NCBI GenBank assembly: GCA_965649765.1 | Contig: OZ287761.1 | Span: 25,296,001 to 25,360,000, forward strand | Direction: 5' to 3' | Origin: Bispira polyomma | Lineage: Eukaryota | DNA length: 64,000 bases | In this document: piece by piece, positions 60,140-64,000 of the stretch | How the letters are laid out: the number at the start of each line of letters is the position of its first letter | Numbering within the stretch: the first letter of the stretch is position 1 | The notes under the pieces: model-generated | Told to the model about the DNA's origin: nothing | What the model saw: only the letters and a program-made list of their open reading frames with translations | Databases searched by the model: none | Position numbers and translations under genes: made by a program

Positions 60140-60473
60140 ACTCCAATTGTCATTGTTTTCATATACTCTGCAAATTACTGTAGCACACCTGACATAAACA
60201 ATTTACACAACAAATACAACCCCCCTTCGGTCTTACAATACTAACAGGTACATTGTCCTTGGCGATTTCAACATTAATTTACAATCGCCACAAAATAAAA
60301 CATTGCTACAACCTATGAATGTCACCTTCCAAGCACAACAGCAATCTACCACAACATCTTGCTATGGCACCCTCATCAACTTATGCTTCTCACCCCTCCC
60401 ACTACACCCCTCAACCATTTTTTGCACCTTCTCCGACCATAACAAGTTAACCTTATCTTTTGACAAACAATAA
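60140..60473 (+). pseudogene. Apurinic-like (EEP) endonuclease remnant, Helentron-type
   Basis: In-frame RYIVLGDFNINL...TTTSCYGTLINLCFS...TFSDHNKL* (60246-60473) with GDFN and SDH catalytic motifs; no RT follows; Helitron-like hairpin gtggccc-acagg-gggccac at 60679-60697. Confidence 0.7.
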
Positions 60474-60779
60474 ACACTCACTACATAATCCACTAACATC
60501 AGTCACATCTCCATCTACAACATCACTTCATATCCCACTTCCTGACACAACTAACATCTTGCCTTCCCGCTCTTTAACAAAACAAAAGTCCTTTACACAC
60601 CATAATTCGATCCTGTCACACAAACAAACGCCTACCTATCCACACTTACAGCCCCTCCCCTTCATGACAGCTGACGATGTGGCCCACAGGGGCCACTCTA
60701 TTCTTGTCTTGTTTAACTTTTTTCAGTAGTGCAATTACTACTGGTAGTATCGGTCTCTCACAGTCTTTCTTGGAAGTGT

Positions 60780-62400
60780 TCTTTTTGAAAAAAAATATTT
60801 AGACACCTTTTTAACCTCATATAGTCAAGAAAGCTGATTTGTATTTGGAAATGTTTGCTTATTTCAAATTTTGACATGAGGTTTTCCTCATTATTGTGTG
60901 TAACGACTATATTTTGTATTCCTTTTTGGTACCATGTTTTGAAAAAGTGGGGTATCTGAAATTCTATTGTACCACAGAGGGGTTTTCATTATTTCTTGTT
61001 CCTTAGAACAAGTTTGTTGTAAAAGATTTGACCAAGACAATAGTGTCTCTTTCCAAATTTGTTTGTTGTTCGAGATGCTAGAGCTTTTGGCCACAGATGG
61101 CCTACCATGACTAGTTTGTTTGGGTCGAGGGTATAAGTTTGACTGATTATTTTCCACGTCGAGTCTGAGTCATTTGTTAACTTCTTTATCCAAGATATTT
61201 TTTAAGCTCTGGATGAAACAATCCAGGTCTACCATATTAAGCCCTCAGCATTTATAGTCATTAGTCACTTTAATTCTGCTTATCTTGTCCGGTTTGTTGC
61301 TCCATATAAATTTATATAACATACTTTTTACTCGTAGAAGCGATTTTTGATCAGGACTCGGAATTGAAGTAAACAGGTGATTAAATTTTGATAGTATTAT
61401 TGATTTTATAACTGCTATCCTGCCGATAGGTGTTAAGGATCTTTTTCTCCATGGACTGAGGATTTTTTCCACTTGATTAATCAGGGAAGAATAGTTTAAA
61501 TCTGATATTTCGTCTAATATTACAGAAAAATGTATTCCCAGCATTTTGAAATTGGTTGTACCCCAAGCAAGTTCCCTGTGCACTATAAGTTTATCTTTAC
61601 ATTCCTTTTTTTCCAATCCACACAACTTGGGTCTTGTCCATATTAATTTTTAACCCAGAGAAGCCACCAAAAACTTCAAGTACATTCATAGCTGTCTAAA
61701 GAGAGTGCTGACTTCTGTCTAATATTAGAGTAGTATCATCAGCAAACTGACTTATTTTTATTTCTTTATATTTATCCTTATTCCTTCGATAGATTCTTGG
61801 CTTTCTACCAGTGAGCATAGTATTTGGGAGCATATAATAAAAAGGTAGGGGGCTATTGGGTCTCCCTGTCTGCACCCACGTTCGATAGTAATTTGTTCCG
61901 ATAAGAAACCACACTGAAGCACGGATGTTTTGACATTATTATTCGTAGTTTTTATCCACCTTATAAAACTGTCTCCAAAATGAAATAGTTTGAGCGTCTT
62001 CAACATGAACTCCCACGAAACAGAATCAAACGCTTTCTCGAAATCAACAAGCGTCAATAATCCGGTAATTTTTTCCTGTTCAGTAAAATGTATTAGATCA
62101 TAGATTAGCCTTGTGCATTCACCTATGTATCTGCCACCGAGAAAACCAGATTGATTTGTTGAGATTATTAAGTTCATTACCCCTTTTAGTCTGTTAGCGA
62201 TTGCTGAGGAGCCAATATTATAAATTACAGACAAAAGAGAAATAGGTCGCCAATTATTTAACTATTCTCTCGGTTTATCTCCCTTGGGTAGACACGATTT
62301 TATGCAATATCTCAGTAAAGTAGAAAATTCACCTATTTTATACTTCTTTTATACCTTCATTTAGGGCCCTCAGAACGAAGTATTTTATCTTTGACCAGTT
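60780..62400 (-). pseudogene. Decayed L1/Tx1-type LINE ORF2 (reverse transcriptase and downstream region), frameshifted
   Basis: WRPISLL, NQSGFLGGRYIGE, LVDFEKAFDSVSW, RGCRQGDPIAPYLF, KISQFADDTT, WRKRSLTPIGRIAVIKS, FIWSNKPDKI, PLWYN across ORFs 61758-62234, 61696-61914, 61245-61625 and 60891-61157. Confidence 0.93.
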
Positions 62401-62804
62401 TTCCAGTTTAGACATCCAGTCCTGATTGTTTCAAATTAGGCATAGTTTAGGGCGACTCAAAAGCATGCGTTTCTGTGTGTCAGAGCAGACATAGAGGTCT
62501 GGGTTTGATTCCCAGTAATGATTTATATGTTATCATTATAGCTCAGGGACAAAGCACTCAATATGTGTGGTCGAAAGTGATATCTCCACTCTTTTGTAAT
62601 AGAAACATACAATAGTTTCTGTAATAAACAAAAGTGAATGTGGCTATGTTGTTCCCACATGCTAAACAGTTGCATGAAAAAAACTTCCAAAAATATAACC
62701 CCCCCCCCCCTCCCCATCTTGTTTAATGAGATATTCAGATCACTAAATGCCAATATATCAGCAAGTTACTACAAATAAAACTGGGAAAGCACGACCATCT
62801 TGTT

Positions 62805-63067
62805 GAATTGAATTTTTTTTTTAATTGGGATGTTTAAAGTCCACTCTTGTACCTGTTTAGATTATATTGGGACGGGTAGTTGGAAACACTGGAGGAAACA
62901 CGGCATACAGTTGATCAAGGTTCTGCACTGAAACCAGCGGCCCACAGTAAGGAACTACCACTTTTCCCACATAGGCATCGACGGGATTCAAACTCATGCC
63001 GCCCAGAGGTGAAAGACCAGTGATTGTGAAGCACAATGCTTGCTAACCACTAGGCCACCGCGGCCTC
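62805..63067 (-). mobile_element. tRNA-derived SINE, full length, minus strand
   Basis: Reverse complement matches 33351-33602; flanking direct repeat atcttgtt. Confidence 0.92.
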
Positions 63068-63323
63068 ACAATCTTGTTAAAAATGTTAAATTTTAGGGTG
63101 ACTTGTGTTTGATAACTATGATAATGCAGATAAGCATATATTTTTTTTTAGCTTTTAGTTAAACATCCAGAAATTTTCTGTGTATTTCTGTGTAGTCTAC
63201 TTATTTTATACATATTTATTACTGTTTGTTAACAATATTGCACACCACCATTGTATCAACATTATTTTCTTTAATAATTTTATTAAGCTCTGAGGGCGTT
63301 TTTTTTTTACAAATTTTTCAGTA

Positions 63324-63501
63324 CAGCTAAACTTGTATATAAAGACCACACAACCAAACCCTCCAACATGGTCTTTATTGACAGGTGGTCTTCATATAGA
63401 GGTTCAATATGCCATTAAACATTGGTCTTGGGAAATGAAAGTGTCCTATTTATAGACAGGTGGTCTCTCTATAGAGGTGGTCTCTCGAGCAGGTTTGACT
63501 G
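63324..63501. mobile_element. Tc1/pogo-like MITE (cag.taaac/gtttgactg TIR, TA TSD, internal caggtggtct repeats)
   Basis: ta|cagctaaacttg ... caggtttgactg|ta. Confidence 0.7.
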
Positions 63502-64000
63502 TATTTTCTGCCTTTAAGATAAGGTTTTGTACTGTACAGTGTGTAGACCCCCTCAGTCACAGAATCAAAGTCATTCAGGAGTCCATACACTACAATGCCT
63601 AATTTTAACCTGTTACCTTATACAGACCCAGATTGTGGGAAGTGGTCGACACCCATTTTAATTCCTGAAAATCGTGTGTCGATACATTTCGACACACCAG
63701 TATATTGCAGTTTTTAGATCACTCAGTTTGTGTAAGATTACTTAATTTGATGGTTTATATGGCTATGGATTCTTGTAAGACGAATGTATACAGGCGTGTG
63801 CATGTTGAGCACTACATTTTGCATAATATATTGGTTAAATATCCCGATAGTGTTTTAAAATCAGCCAAATGAGGCCGTTTTTGTTGTTTACCGTGAACCT
63901 GTTCACTCAGTTTTGAACGGGTTAAACTCTACTTAGGGATTGTTGCTAAGATTCAGTCGATAGGGCAGTGGTATGCTATCTCTGTATGTCCTTTAGCACA

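Overview
AT-rich, repeat-dominated eukaryotic (invertebrate animal-like, plausibly lophotrochozoan/mollusc; taxon is inference only) genomic DNA with one assembly gap (6492-6704). There is no prokaryotic operon structure, CRISPR array, rRNA or tRNA gene. Most of the window is transposon debris: a tRNA-derived SINE family (three near-intact copies with TSDs plus many decayed ones), three decayed L1/Tx1-type LINE fragments, at least four Helentron-like non-autonomous elements built from a 147-bp core repeat, a Helentron-type endonuclease remnant, several MITE families (TA-, TTA-, CWG-, TTAA- and 5-bp-TSD types, some nested three deep), many minisatellites and three local segmental duplications. 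The only convincing intact protein-coding gene is an unrecognised three-exon + strand gene (8604-8732, 10163-10204, 11142-12311; about 446 aa). Its product is a largely disordered Pro/Ser-rich protein with an NLS next to a paxillin-type LD motif. Exon-like remnants between about 30.5 and 53.5 kb suggest decayed or non-coding spliced genes. I found no clear-cut novel multi-gene system; the best leads are the orphan gene, the Helentron family architecture and a duplicated exon rich in tyrosine motifs.
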